From the NCBI GenBank assembly GCA_964016885.1, contig OZ024741.1:16120001-16184000 (forward strand): 64,000 nucleotides of DNA. The letters run 5' to 3'. This DNA comes from Eledone cirrhosa. Lineage: Eukaryota. The stretch's first letter is position 1, and every line of letters starts with the position of its first letter. Under the pieces are notes generated by a model that was not told the DNA's origin, made no database searches, and worked only from the letters and a program-made list of their open reading frames with translations. The translations under genes and the position numbers were made by a program. Below are positions 30,840 through 42,662 of the stretch, piece by piece.

Positions 30840-30990
30840 ATATTGGCAGAGTCGTTAGAACATCAGATGAAATAGTTTGTGCTATTTGTTTCGGCTCTCA
30901 GCTCTCTCAGTTCAAATACCGCCGTGATCAATTTTACCTTTCATTCCAGGTCGATAAAAAAAAGTACCAGTCTAATACTGAGGTCGATAT
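30840..30990 (+). mobile_element. Old diverged SINE related to the main family
   Basis: TGGCAGAGTCGTTAGA ... GTTCAAATACC ... CCTTTCATTCCAGGTCGATAAAAAAAAGTACCAG. Confidence 0.65.
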
Positions 30991-31016
30991 TTTCCTCTAT
31001 ATCTCTTTCTCACTTC

Positions 31017-31074
<58 letters not shown>

Positions 31075-31110
31075 AAATATATATATATATATATACATAT
31101 ATACTTACAT

Positions 31111-31178
31111 CTCTGTCTGACGACCGATCCAGACGTATATTATTATTGTCTGTGATCCAGAAACCTTTGGTAATGGAG
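31111..31178 (+). ncRNA. Hammerhead-like motif with a true stem III hairpin
   Basis: CTCTGT-CTGACGA-CC-GATCCAGAC...GTCTG(T)GATC-CA-GAAA-CC-TTT-GG-TA-ATGGAG. The base of stem II is mismatched. Confidence 0.6.
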
Positions 31179-31273
31179 TAGTTATATTTTGTGTTGTTCA
31201 CTTTCTAATTAAATAGCTCTGTTCTATACATAGAGCACTCTTTTTTCCTTTGCTTTTCCTTCGGAATTAGCTA

Positions 31274-31305
<32 letters not shown>

Positions 31306-31308
<3 letters not shown>

Positions 31309-31500
31309 GGGAAAAGTATGACCCCGACGGCAGAGCTCAAGCCGTTTCGACGGCTATTTCTGGACCAGAAATGGCCGTCGAAACGGCTTGAGCTCTGCCG
31401 TTGGGATCATACTTTTTCCTATTTCCCACTCTACTACCCTAAGTATTGAGTACTCTGGTGCGTTATGGTCCATCTGGTTCCTTACCACACTTCCTTTGTT
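31306..31500 (+). mobile_element. Fold-back copy of the dispersed pLTR-like family
   Basis: Arms 31306-31363 and 31365-31422 are inverted around one base, followed by the common tail. Confidence 0.8.
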
Positions 31501-31528
31501 ATATTTATATATATATATATATATATAC

Positions 31529-31614
<86 letters not shown>

Positions 31615-31700
31615 AGTAACACAACAGTTAGTTCACCATACCGAGAACAATTGTTTGACCTTGCAGATCTTTAGTTGGAAAAAATTACTTGAAAACGATA

Positions 31701-31794
31701 AACATATCTGAGGACCTTGCGAATGCAGAGTCAGGTTCGATCTATAATAGATCCTGCCTTGAGCTGATCGTCGGAGAAACATATGTAATATGTT
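31701..31794 (+). ncRNA. Hammerhead motif with extended stem II
   Basis: AACATAT-CTGAGGA-[61 nt including GATCTA-TAA-TAGATC]-GAAA-CATATG-TA-ATATGTT: 7-bp stem I, palindromic stem III, GUA site. Confidence 0.7.
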
Positions 31795-31920
31795 AATAAA
31801 CTGTGTTTTGATGCATTACTGATTCCTCGTTATCTATAATAATATACTCTGCTCCGCGTGAGCAACGAGTGCTCAAACGGCATACCGCCTACAGACGCAG
31901 TTATTGCAACCATACAACAA

Positions 31921-31988
<68 letters not shown>

Positions 31989-32517
31989 TTCTCGGGAAGA
32001 AATCTGCTATATTCAGACATGGAGAAGAGATGGGTTCCGTCAGGTTAAAACAAAAACGCCCTAGAGAAGCCATATATCACTACAGGGCCCCTACGACTCC
32101 CTCATGAGTTACCGGACCGTATGTCACTACAGCGCCCCTGGGACTCCTGCAAGAGTTACAGGACCATGCATGCACTCGCAAAATCTAAGCCCATACTCGG
32201 CCTTATAAACCTGAAAGAAAAAACTGATCTGTATATGAATATATTTCCTATGGTTTACATTCGAATCCATCCAGTGACGTTATTAAATTAACTCCTTTCA
32301 AAATTCAATTTTGTTCAACACTTCGGAAAAACGCTTGTTTCTTTGCTTCTCTATCTTGGCTGAAAGATAAGGCTTTAAACTGACGGTTTTGTGTTCAGTC
32401 TCGCATTGGTGAAATGTAGAAGTCATTAGTGTATAAAGTAAAGATGCTTATATTCTACTAACGTATTGACAAGCTTTTTTAACTGTCGTTATCTCTAGAT
32501 ACACATCGGGAATCTAC

Positions 32518-32603
<86 letters not shown>

Positions 32604-32760
32604 GTTTGTGTGTGTGTATGTGTGTGTGTACGAATATATATTTGTATGTATATTTTCATGCATGAGGGTATGTATGTTTGTATGTATGTATGTATATATG
32701 TACGTATGAGTGTGTATATGATATATATATATGTATGTGTGTGTATATATATATATATAT

Positions 32761-32945
32761 ATTAGAGCAAACATCACGACCGCTCTATCTCAAAATTATT
32801 TTTGAAAAGCATTAGAAATGCGCAACCGGTAAAAACTTAAAACTAAAACTGAATACCAACCAATACTTATTACTAATTTATACTTATTCCTAATTAAACT
32901 ATGTTTCATTGGGAAAAATTTGTCAGCATTTCCTTTTCCTAATAT
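32761..32945 (+). mobile_element. Solo copy of the 5596-6017 pLTR-like family
   Basis: Near-identical to 5791-5980, starting at the same ATTAGAGCAAACATCACG; variant hammerhead at 32798-32835. Confidence 0.8.
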
Positions 32946-32946
32946 A

Positions 32947-32978
<32 letters not shown>

Positions 32979-33041
32979 CGATCGACTTTCGTCAAATCGG
33001 ATTAAGGAAACAATGTTTCCATTGGTCTTTCCAATTGCTGA

Positions 33042-33095
<54 letters not shown>

Positions 33096-33318
33096 TATTT
33101 ATTGGTAACCCACACAGCCTCATTTATAATTCTCTTCCTATATATAGAGAGAAAAAGGGGAGAAAAAAAATATATGTGTATATATGAATATAAATAAATA
33201 TATATATATATATACATATATACATATATATACACATATATATGCCTGCATATGCATTTTTGTACATACACACAAACACACACACACACACACTTATATA
33301 TATATGTGTGCGTGTATG

Positions 33319-33384
<66 letters not shown>

Positions 33385-33517
33385 TATACATACACACACA
33401 CACATAACAGCGTGTGCGTGTGAATGTGTGTGTAGGGGTGGGTGTGTGTTTGATTATTATTCAATGTTACACATTCCCTAATTAGAACTTGCAACTGACT
33501 AGTGTAAGTGTTGTGAA

Positions 33518-33682
33518 TCAGTGGAGCATCTCATTTGAGAAGTGTGCAGTTATTTCAGATGCACGTGTATGCAGTGGTGTGTAGCAGACACATGCAGACA
33601 CACTCGCTGGGAAACCACAGCATGCCTCGGTGAACTTGTACAACTGGTGCGGTATGAACAAGCTTGTGTCTATAATGTTGAC
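33518..33682 (-). other. Candidate exon of an unidentified host transcript
   Basis: Unique non-repeat island preceded on the minus strand by TCGTTCCTGTCTGTTTATTAACGATATCTCCGTAG|. Two frames stay open for 42 and 55 codons. Confidence 0.25.
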
Positions 33683-33759
33683 CTACGGAGATATCGTTAA
33701 TAAACAGACAGGAACGACCTGATAACTACTACTACCAGCACCACTACAATTGCTACTGT

Positions 33760-34178
33760 TGATAATGGTTGCTTATATAGGCACAAGGCCAGTAATTGGG
33801 GGGGGGGGGTCGATTAAATCGGCCCCAGTGCGTGACTGGTACTTTATTTAATCGACCCCATAAGGATGAAAGGCAAAGTTAACCTCGATGGGATTTGAGC
33901 TCAGATCATAAAGAGCCGTAACTCTATGCGTCAAAGCATGGCGTCCGACCCTCTATCGATACTGCCAATCCACTGCCCTTTGCTACTGTTAATAATAATA
34001 ATTGTTTCTACTTTTGACACAAGGCCAGCAATTATCGCAGTGTATTACTGGTACTTTATTTTATCGGTCCCGGCAAAGCTAACCTCTGCAGGATTTGAAC
34101 TCAGACCATAAAGGGCCGTAGCTCTTAGCTGCAAAGCATGGCGTCCGACCCTCTACCGATACTACCAATCCACCGCCC
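33760..34178 (-). mobile_element. Two tandem SINE copies (main family)
   Basis: About 33760-33978 and 33990-34178, each with head, B box and central domain. Confidence 0.85.
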
Positions 34179-34188
34179 TTATCCACTG

Positions 34189-34189
34189 C

Positions 34190-34265
<76 letters not shown>
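34189..34265. repeat. (AAT)n microsatellite, left flank of the R4-type element
   Basis: Read directly. Confidence 0.95.
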
Positions 34266-36061
34266 CACCGCTTTTATTCTGCATCGCACTTATACCATTA
34301 AGTAAAATGCTCAATGAAACAAAACATGGATATAAAGTCTATGACAAAACCATTAATCACTTGTTCTACATGGATGACCTGAAACTATTTGCAAAAAATG
34401 ATGAACAATTGCAAGGGCTATTATCCACTGTGGAGCAGTTCAGTGATGACATTAAAATGGAGTTTGGACTAGATAAATGCGCCAAAGCAACGTTCACCAG
34501 AGGAAAGCTGCTGAAGAGTTCAGACATTAATCTTGATCGGGGGAACGTGATAAGAGAACTTGATCAAGAAAAAACTTACAAATATCTAGGTGTTTGTGAA
34601 GGAGACGGAATCAAGCACTCGACAATGAGGGAAAGGATAAGGAAGGAATGTTACCGCAGAGTAAGAGCAATCTTAAGAACGGAATTGAATGCAAGGAATA
34701 GGATCGATGCCATAAACACGCTTGCCATACCAGTAGTAACCTACAGTTACAATGTCATCAACTGGTCAAGCACAGAGATCCGTAGGCTCGATACAAAAAT
34801 TCGAAAATTCTTAACCATGCACAGAATGCATCACCCTAAGGCAGATATAGATAGAATATATCTCCCTAGGAAAGAAGGAGGACGTGGGTTAATCCAGTTA
34901 GACATTGCGTTGAAAACTGCAACAATTGCATTATCTACATATCTCAGGGAATCACATGATTGGATGATCAAACTCGTTTTGAAACACGAAAGCATCAAAA
35001 GATCATATTCCATTACAAAAGATGCACAAAGATACAGTAATGGACTACAAATTTCAGAAGTCCCATTTACTGCTGAAATGGAAAACACAGAAAAAGCAAA
35101 GCAGGTAAAAGTAACTGCAAAGAAAGAACTGCTACAGAAACTGGCTAAGAAATGGCAAGAAAAGCCTCTGTATGGAAAATACCCAGAGCGAGCTAACAAT
35201 CCTGATGTTGACAAAACTTTAACCCATCAGTGGTTGGCATCCTCTGGACTGAAATCGGAGACTGAAGGACTGATTATATCAGCACAAGATCAGTGTCTGC
35301 CAACAAAAAATTACCAAGCCAACATAATAAAAAATGGATGCAGCCCATTATGCCGTGTATGCAAAAAACAACCAGAGACCATTGACCATATAATTTCAAT
35401 GTGCAGTCCTATAGCTCCAACCGAATACCTAAACAGGCATGACAGAGCTGCACAATACATACATTGGATAATGTGCAAGCATTTTGACCTGCCCCATCAA
35501 AAGAATTGGTGGGAGCATCAACCACCTCCCATACTTGAAAAAGATCACATCTCAATCTTGTGGAACTTTAGCATCCAAACAGACCGAAAAATAGATGCAA
35601 ATAGACCTGATATAATATTGAAGGACTTTAAAAAGAGGGTATGCCTGCTAATTGATATGTCTGTTCCAATAGACAAGAATGTATCTATAAAAACATTTGA
35701 AAAATTGAGCAAGTGTAAGGACCTGGAGATAGAAATTGGAAAAATGTGGAAATTGAGAACTAAAACAATACCAGTGGTTGTAGGCGCTCTGGGAATGATA
35801 CCTAAGGGGTCTAATGATTACTTATCGCAAATCCCAGGAAACCCGCGTATAGGAGAAATACAAAAGATAGTATTAATGGGAACTTCCCATATACTAAGGA
35901 AGATTCTGTCAATATAAGTACATCACAAGTCTAAACACTAAAGATGCATGTGTGAGTATGTATGTTCTTTCTTGAACATGGCGGACCTTGTTGTCTCTTG
36001 AGGTCACTGGTTGTGACTTGGTGATAACTCGTATGAACATAAAGCAAGATAAATGCAACTG
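34265..36061 (+). mobile_element. 5'-truncated R4/Dong-clade non-LTR retrotransposon inserted in (AAT)n
   Basis: Starts abruptly at the RT motif SPLLFCIALIPLS. (AAT)n on both sides. Short 3' UTR. Confidence 0.88.
34307..35917 (+). CDS. RT C-terminal half, CCHC finger and restriction-like endonuclease (N-truncated ORF)
   Basis: HLFYMDDLKLF, GLDKC, YKYLG, RIYLPRKEGGRGL, CRVC...ETIDHIISMC, RHD, RPDII...IDMSVP...EKLSK. No internal stops. Confidence 0.9.
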   Translation: MLNETKHGYKVYDKTINHLFYMDDLKLFAKNDEQLQGLLSTVEQFSDDIKMEFGLDKCAKATFTRGKLLKSSDINLDRGNVIRELDQEKTYKYLGVCEGDGIKHSTMRERIRKECYRRVRAILRTELNARNRIDAINTLAIPVVTYSYNVINWSSTEIRRLDTKIRKFLTMHRMHHPKADIDRIYLPRKEGGRGLIQLDIALKTATIALSTYLRESHDWMIKLVLKHESIKRSYSITKDAQRYSNGLQISEVPFTAEMENTEKAKQVKVTAKKELLQKLAKKWQEKPLYGKYPERANNPDVDKTLTHQWLASSGLKSETEGLIISAQDQCLPTKNYQANIIKNGCSPLCRVCKKQPETIDHIISMCSPIAPTEYLNRHDRAAQYIHWIMCKHFDLPHQKNWWEHQPPPILEKDHISILWNFSIQTDRKIDANRPDIILKDFKKRVCLLIDMSVPIDKNVSIKTFEKLSKCKDLEIEIGKMWKLRTKTIPVVVGALGMIPKGSNDYLSQIPGNPRIGEIQKIVLMGTSHILRKILSI

Positions 36062-36081
36062 TAATAATAATAATAATAATG

Positions 36082-36568
36082 ATTTCTTTATTAACCACAA
36101 GGGTTTACATAAAGTAGACATTAAGGACAGTACAGGACAATACAGGACGGTACAAATGGGCATTTCTGCGTGTAAAAAAACAGAGGATGTAATAAAAAAA
36201 ATAACAATGAAAAATTCCCCAATAGGGGGAGACTTCCGAGGGACATTTGTGGAGAAAGCCGATTAAAAGGCCACAGTGACCCTGACCACCAGGGCAAGTG
36301 CCCTCTCCCAGTTTTCCACCTTTAATTTACAGACACATACTCAGAGTAGGCCCATTCACTCGGGCCATACTTGCTTCTCTCACCCATCTTTCAACAAAAT
36401 GCTGGGAAGAGAGCACTTCCCTCTCTACCCTGATTTTCCTTTTCAAATGAAATTTGAAAAAGTCAATCAGGGCATCACCGAAGAGGTAAGTGCTCGTCTT
36501 CAGCCCTTTCAAATGTGTCCACCATACTATCTCTTTCGCCATGGCCACCAGACAGATAAAAACTGCCT
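36082..36568 (-). mobile_element. L1/Tx1-type LINE 3' fragment
   Basis: ORF 36327-36548 'AKEIVWWTHLKGLKT...FFKFHLKRKIRVEREVL' is homologous to 37124-37735. (AAT)n flanks. Confidence 0.85.
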
Positions 36569-36584
36569 TAATCCACTGCTAATA

Positions 36585-36806
36585 ATAATGATAAGGATTT
36601 TTACTATAAGCACGAGGCTAGTAATTTGAAGGAGGTGAAAGTCGATTAAATAGACCCCAGTACATTACTGGTACTTTATTTTATCGACCCCGTAAGGATG
36701 AAAGGCAAAGTTAACCTCGGCTGGATTTGAACTCAGACCATAAAGGGCCGTAACTCTTTGCTGCAAAGCATGGCGCCCGACCCTCTACCGATACTGACAA
36801 TCCACC
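36585..36806 (-). mobile_element. tRNA-derived SINE (main family), near full length
   Basis: Head, B box, central domain and tail all present. Confidence 0.85.
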
Positions 36807-36846
<40 letters not shown>

Positions 36847-36847
<1 letters not shown>

Positions 36848-37862
36848 TTTCATTTATTAGCCACAAGGTCCGACATGTAGGGGACAATACAAAGACAGGG
36901 ACAGTGGGGGTTTACAATAAGGTCGAGTAAAAGTGCACAATGGCAAGACTAATTTAACAGTGAAGATATGAAATATAAAATAAACTATGCATAAATATAA
37001 CAAAATAAATTCCCCGATAGGGGGTGGACGACCCTGGGGTGACTCGGGTACCCCACCAATCCTGAACCACCCTGCGCTTCTAGGGCACCCAGGGAGAGCA
37101 CCCCTCTCCTCAAGTTAGCTAGCCTATAGGCGCATGGTCAGAGTAGGCCCATTCACACGAGCCATTCTCGCCACATTCATCCACCTTTTAGCAAATGTAC
37201 TGGGGGGCAGCACTTCTCTCTCCACCCTCACCTTCCTTTCCAGGTGAAACTTGAAGAAGTTGATGAGGGATTGGCCGAAGAGAAAAGTGTCTGTCTTCAG
37301 TCCTTTTAACCTGGTCCACCATATAACATCTTTCGCAACTGCCACCAGACAGAGGGAAATTTCCTGCTCTTCCTGACCTAAGGAAGGCGGCGAGTCGATC
37401 TTCACTATGGACTCGGCCGATAGCCGGATTCGTTCCACACGCGACAGTAGCTGTTCGACATAACTCCACAAGTCAGTAATGCATGGACACAGGACAAGTG
37501 CGTGCAGAACGGTTTCGTCGTTCTGTGCGCATCTTGGGCAGGTCCGTCTGATAGCACTTCCGTGCCTGTAGAGTTTATCCCGAACCGGCAGTGCCCCCCG
37601 GTAGCACTGCCAAGCGAGGGATTTCTGGAAATTGTCCATCGTCCCCGGCTCGAAAGTCCTCCGGTACAGACTGGTCAGTTCGACTTCGTCGAGGCCCAAA
37701 GCTTCTCCGAGTGCGTCATCGCACTTGCCCACCACTAATCCTCTATAGAACTCGAGAGTGGAAGTTCCACTGATCGCATTGCCCGCTTTGTAGAGGCCAG
37801 TGAGTGCCTGGCAACATTCCAGGTGCCAGTCACCCAGTCTCGGTCTCTTCTTGACCCAGAAC
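36847..37862 (-). mobile_element. L1/Tx1-type LINE 3' fragment with ORF2 C-terminal zinc-binding domain
   Basis: ORF 37124-37735 'WQCYRGALPVRDKL...CPRC...ETVLHALVLC' fits the zf-RVT pattern. (AAT)n on both sides. Confidence 0.88.
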
Positions 37863-37864
37863 TA

Positions 37865-38163
37865 ATAATAATAATGGTTTCTGATTTAGGCACAAAGTCA
37901 ACAATTTTTTAGGGGAGGGGAAAGTCGATTAAATCAATCCCAATATGTTACTGGTACTTTATTTTATCGACCCTGTAAAGATGAAAGGCAAACTTAGCCT
38001 CGGCGGGATGTGAACTCAGAACGTAAAGGGCCATAACTCTATGCTACAAAGCATGGTGTCCGACGCTCTACCGATAATGCCAATCCACCAACCTAATAAT
38101 AATAATGGTTTTTGATTTAGGCACAAGGCCAGCAATTTTGGGAGAGGGGAAAGGCGATTAATC
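37865..38163 (-). mobile_element. SINE copy plus partial SINE tail (main family)
   Basis: About 37865-38093 full, 38095-38163 tail only. Confidence 0.8.
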
Positions 38164-38487
38164 AAGAAGAAGAACTGCTTCTTGTAGCGCCATAGGGCAG
38201 ATAGTGATGTTGTGGTGTTCATTCTATGTTCATATAAACTAGTAATGTTTAAGAAGACCACAGTGCCACATTAATCGGTTAAGGAGATTTAGTGATATTC
38301 ACAGCTGGACACTGAAGTTGATCTTGAACAAACAAACCGACGATCAGAAATATTCCAGCCGTGGCAACCTCGTCTGTTTGTTTGTTTTTTTTGTTGTTTT
38401 GTGTGTTTTGCTTTGTTTTGTGTTTATATTCATTAATTTCACTCATTACAATAGATATCTTGAAACCGTGTGTTTGACACACACAAA

Positions 38488-39050
38488 TGATATATTGAGC
38501 CGTGGCGAAGAATCGAAACCACTTACATAAATCGCTCGGCAAATATGTTGACCCGTGAAGTAGATTCGAAACCACTTACTTCAATTGTTCGGCAGATATG
38601 TTGAGCGGTGAAATAGAACCGAAACCACTTACACTAATCGCTCGATAAATATCTTGAGCCGAGGACGAAGAATCGAAACCACTTACACTAATCGCTCGGT
38701 AGATATGTTTAGCCGTGAAGTAGAACCGAAACCACGTCCATAAATCGCTCGGTAGATCTGTTGAGCCATGAAGTAGATTCGAAACCACTTATTTGAATAA
38801 CTCACTAGATATGTTGAGCCGTGAAGTACATTCGAAACCACTTACTTGAATCGTTCACTAGATATGTTGAGCCGTGAAGTACCACTTACACTAATCGGTT
38901 GGTAGATATCTTGAGCCGAGGACGAAGTATCGAAACCACTTACTTCAATCGTTCGGCAGATCTGTTGAGCGGTGAAGTAGAACCAAAACCACTTACTTAA
39001 ATCGCTCGGTAGATATGTTGAGCTGTAAAGTAGATTCGAAACCACTTACT
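38488..39050. repeat. Diverged minisatellite of about 53 bp, about 10.5 units
   Basis: Unit CGAAACCACTTACnnnAATCGCTCGGYAGATATGTTGAGCCGTGAAGTAGAWY. Confidence 0.9.
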
Positions 39051-39180
39051 TGCCTCGCTACTCTACGATGATCCTGTGAGACATTACTTGGAAGCAACTC
39101 CAGGATTCGAAGCCCAGATGGTGGAAGACGTGGTTCACGAGGGAAAGCCATGCTTGAGGGGACGTTCAGTATGCCGTAAC
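39050..39180 (-). other. Candidate exon ending in a consensus donor CAA|GTAAGT
   Basis: GC-balanced unique island. One frame is open: MAFPREPRLPPSGLRILELLPSNVSQDHRRVARQ from the ATG at 39151. Confidence 0.25.
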
Positions 39181-39384
39181 TGCATTAATCAACCACACTG
39201 ATATGGACACGTGACTACGGATTATAAACACATCATTAACATTTTTGATCACGTGATAAGGCATCCTCCAGAGTTGTTTGATCAAATTTGTGTTTAGTTT
39301 CCCTTGCGTTCGTATTATTAGCGTGGGGGGGGGCTGGTTTTGGTGGGGGGGGGCTGGTTTTGGTGGGGGGGGGGGCTGAGTTGT

Positions 39385-39690
39385 TGACAATGATGGTGAT
39401 CGTGATAATAACTGGGCTGGTAAGTAATTATAGAAGTGATGGTGAAAGTCATGGTGGTGGTGGTGATAGTGGTTGTGGTAGTAGTAGTAGTGTTTATGGT
39501 GGTGATGCTGGTGGTGATAGTGGAGGTGGTGGTGCTGGTGGTGGTTGTGGTGGTGGTTGTGGTAGTGGTGGTAGAAGTACTGTTCATGGTGGTGATAGTG
39601 GTGGTGGTTCTGGTGGTGTTGGTGCTGATTATGGTGGTGGTAGTGGTAGTGGTAGTGGTGATGGTGGTGGTAGTAGCCGTGGTGGTAGAA
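39385..39690. repeat. (GGT)n-derived low-complexity tract
   Basis: Read directly. Confidence 0.85.
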
Positions 39691-40236
39691 ACAATTATTA
39701 TTATTGGTATTTGTGGTGTTTACAATCTTCAGGTTTTTTCATTTATTCAAGGTTCCAAATAATATCCTTTAATAATATTACCCAACATTATGTTTCTCCT
39801 CTTATATCCATTCATGTTATGTGTCACAACCAGTGCATCATCTCTGTAATGCCCCAATTTAATGAATCGTGTTCTTTGTTTCAGTGTGCCAAGTCATAGC
39901 TACCCTCACATAGAAAATGCATTACCTTGTTTCTCGACCCAAAAGAAACTGTTTAAAAATGACAATTACTTATTTGCATACAACATATTTCTGGGGCTTT
40001 CAGTACAAGATCTTTAGGAATAGGTGAATCTGTTGTTGGATTTATTTTCGATATAATCAGACACATGATTGTGACATTCATGCGTTTCCACTGTTCTTTA
40101 TTTTCTATTTTGGTGGAATCTAAAACGTGTTTGTTGACCTACTAAGACGAATGAAATAGGAAATGTACGTCTTCGACAAATGCACCAAGTGTGTATTGAT
40201 ATACGTGAACTTCGGTTCAACTTTCAATGTTCTCGC

Positions 40237-40732
<496 letters not shown>

Positions 40733-40841
40733 TTTCCATATGGTCATAATATGAAATTTCATATAACGTCCAAAATACATAATAATTGCAGTTTATTTAT
40801 TTTGTCACAATATTGAATTGCTTGTCCATATTCTTCTTCTT

Positions 40842-40901
<60 letters not shown>

Positions 40902-40965
40902 TGTGTGTGTGTGTGTGTCGTGGGGACATGTTAATCAATTAACAAAATAAGAAGTAATATCAAAT

Positions 40966-41171
40966 TACGAGGGGTTTCTGAGAGGGTATCACAGGGGCCT
41001 GGTTGCAGGCCCAATCTTCCGAGTTCCTTTTACAGGACTCAGAAAAACTTAAGGACCGCTGCAATAAGTGTGTGAATCTGAGAGGGGTTTATGTTGAATA
41101 AAATCATAATTAACTGATCCTTCTGTATTTTCTTTTACCTAAAGCCAGGAACTTGTCAGCAGCCTCTCATA
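40966..41171 (+). mobile_element. Internally deleted mariner element (MITE-like)
   Basis: TA-CGAGGGGTTTCTGA ... TCAGCAGCCTCTCA-TA termini. Retains a transposase C-terminus 'EKLKDRCNKCVNLRGVYVE*' matching the mariner RWxKC...GxY(V/F)E end motif. Confidence 0.75.
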
Positions 41172-41787
41172 ACCAAATAAATAAATGGTTGACTTCTTTA
41201 TACATCTAATAATTGGACACTAATAAATACCATGTAACATCATGTTGTTTTCAGCGTGATATATTGTGTCGAGAAAATCAACAGAAATTTTCTTGGAAAA
41301 TTCGGAATCGTCTATCGAAAATTTGATAGAAGAGAAAGAAGCCGTACTATAAAGAAAATGAGGGTTTCAAGGAATAGGTCAAGTACTGGGTCTCCTCCCA
41401 AGAAAAATATGTTCTTATGTGCAAAGTGTTACTTGGCTGGGTAGGGGTAATAGACTTGACACGAAAAACATGTTCTTACGTGCCTAATGTGACGTGAGGG
41501 GATTTGAAACAAAACAAAAAGCAATATAAGGGTTTCTAGAAACCTGTTAAATACAGGGAGTCCTCTCACGAAAAATATGACCTGCTACCGTATAGGGCCA
41601 AGCATAAGGTTGAATGTAAGAAACCTATACGTCTGGGTTATTAATGCAACTTATATTACACATATATAAACGTTGTTTACTTCTATGTGCTCATGGCCAC
41701 GTGCCTTCAATAATCCGACCTATATTACATATATGCAAATGTTTATTATATACATGTGTAGATTTGTTTTGCTTTCATAACAATAAT

Positions 41788-41792
41788 GTATG

Positions 41793-41854
<62 letters not shown>

Positions 41855-42160
41855 TGTGTGTCTGTGTGTCTGTGTGTGTGTATGTGTATATATATTAATT
41901 CTCGTCCACCTGTCCAACCACAACTCCCCCACCATAACCAACACTACCCCCGGACAATTATATACACTGTTATATACGGAGACGTTTCTTCCCACGACAC
42001 ATTCAATGTTTTGAACAAAAACTATGTTGTTTCGCTCTCAAACGTGTGTCTGTATATGTACACACAAACATCACTATACACACATAGTTATGTAGATATA
42101 TATATTTAGATATATATGCATACATATATATATATACATATATATATATATACATATATA

Positions 42161-42221
<61 letters not shown>

Positions 42222-42254
42222 ATATATGTGTATATATATATATATATATACATA

Positions 42255-42293
<39 letters not shown>

Positions 42294-42560
42294 GTGTGCG
42301 TGTGTGTATGTATATGTATATGTGTATGTGTGTGTATGTGTTACACACAAACAAGCCTATACACACGTATTTATACATTATATATATATATATATATATA
42401 TATTTGTGTGTGTGTGTGTCTATGTATGTGTATGTGTATATACGCACAAACAACCCTATACACATATTTATTTATTTATATATGTGTGTATGTGTGTATA
42501 TATATGTCTACTTGTACGTGTATATGAGTGTATATGTGTGTGTATGTGTGTGTGTGCGTA
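41788..42560. repeat. Microsatellite field (TG)n/(TA)n
   Basis: Read directly. Confidence 0.9.
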
Positions 42561-42662
42561 AGCTATATTGATTACCATTTATACAGCCGTTCCTTTCACT
42601 ATTCACCTTTGAAAAGTAATTAACACCTGTTCAACAACAATGGACATCATTCTTTCAACAAC

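Noticed and set aside
32075-32170. Two diverged ~47-bp tandem units (TCACTACAG.GCCCCT...GAGTTAC.GGACC)
   Set aside because: Only two copies and no recognisable function; an ordinary local duplication.
38488-39050. CRISPR-like or hammerhead-like array (GAAAC motifs)
   Set aside because: The whole unit is repeated with no unique spacers, and there is no CUGANGA core with flanking stems.
39050-39170. Stop-codon read-through by A-to-I editing to join the candidate exons in another frame
   Set aside because: It needs ad hoc recoding of stops, with no evidence in the DNA.
39288-39899. 203-aa Gly-rich ORF with a hydrophobic start
   Set aside because: Built on a (GGT)n tract open in several frames, with a non-ATG start; no independent support.
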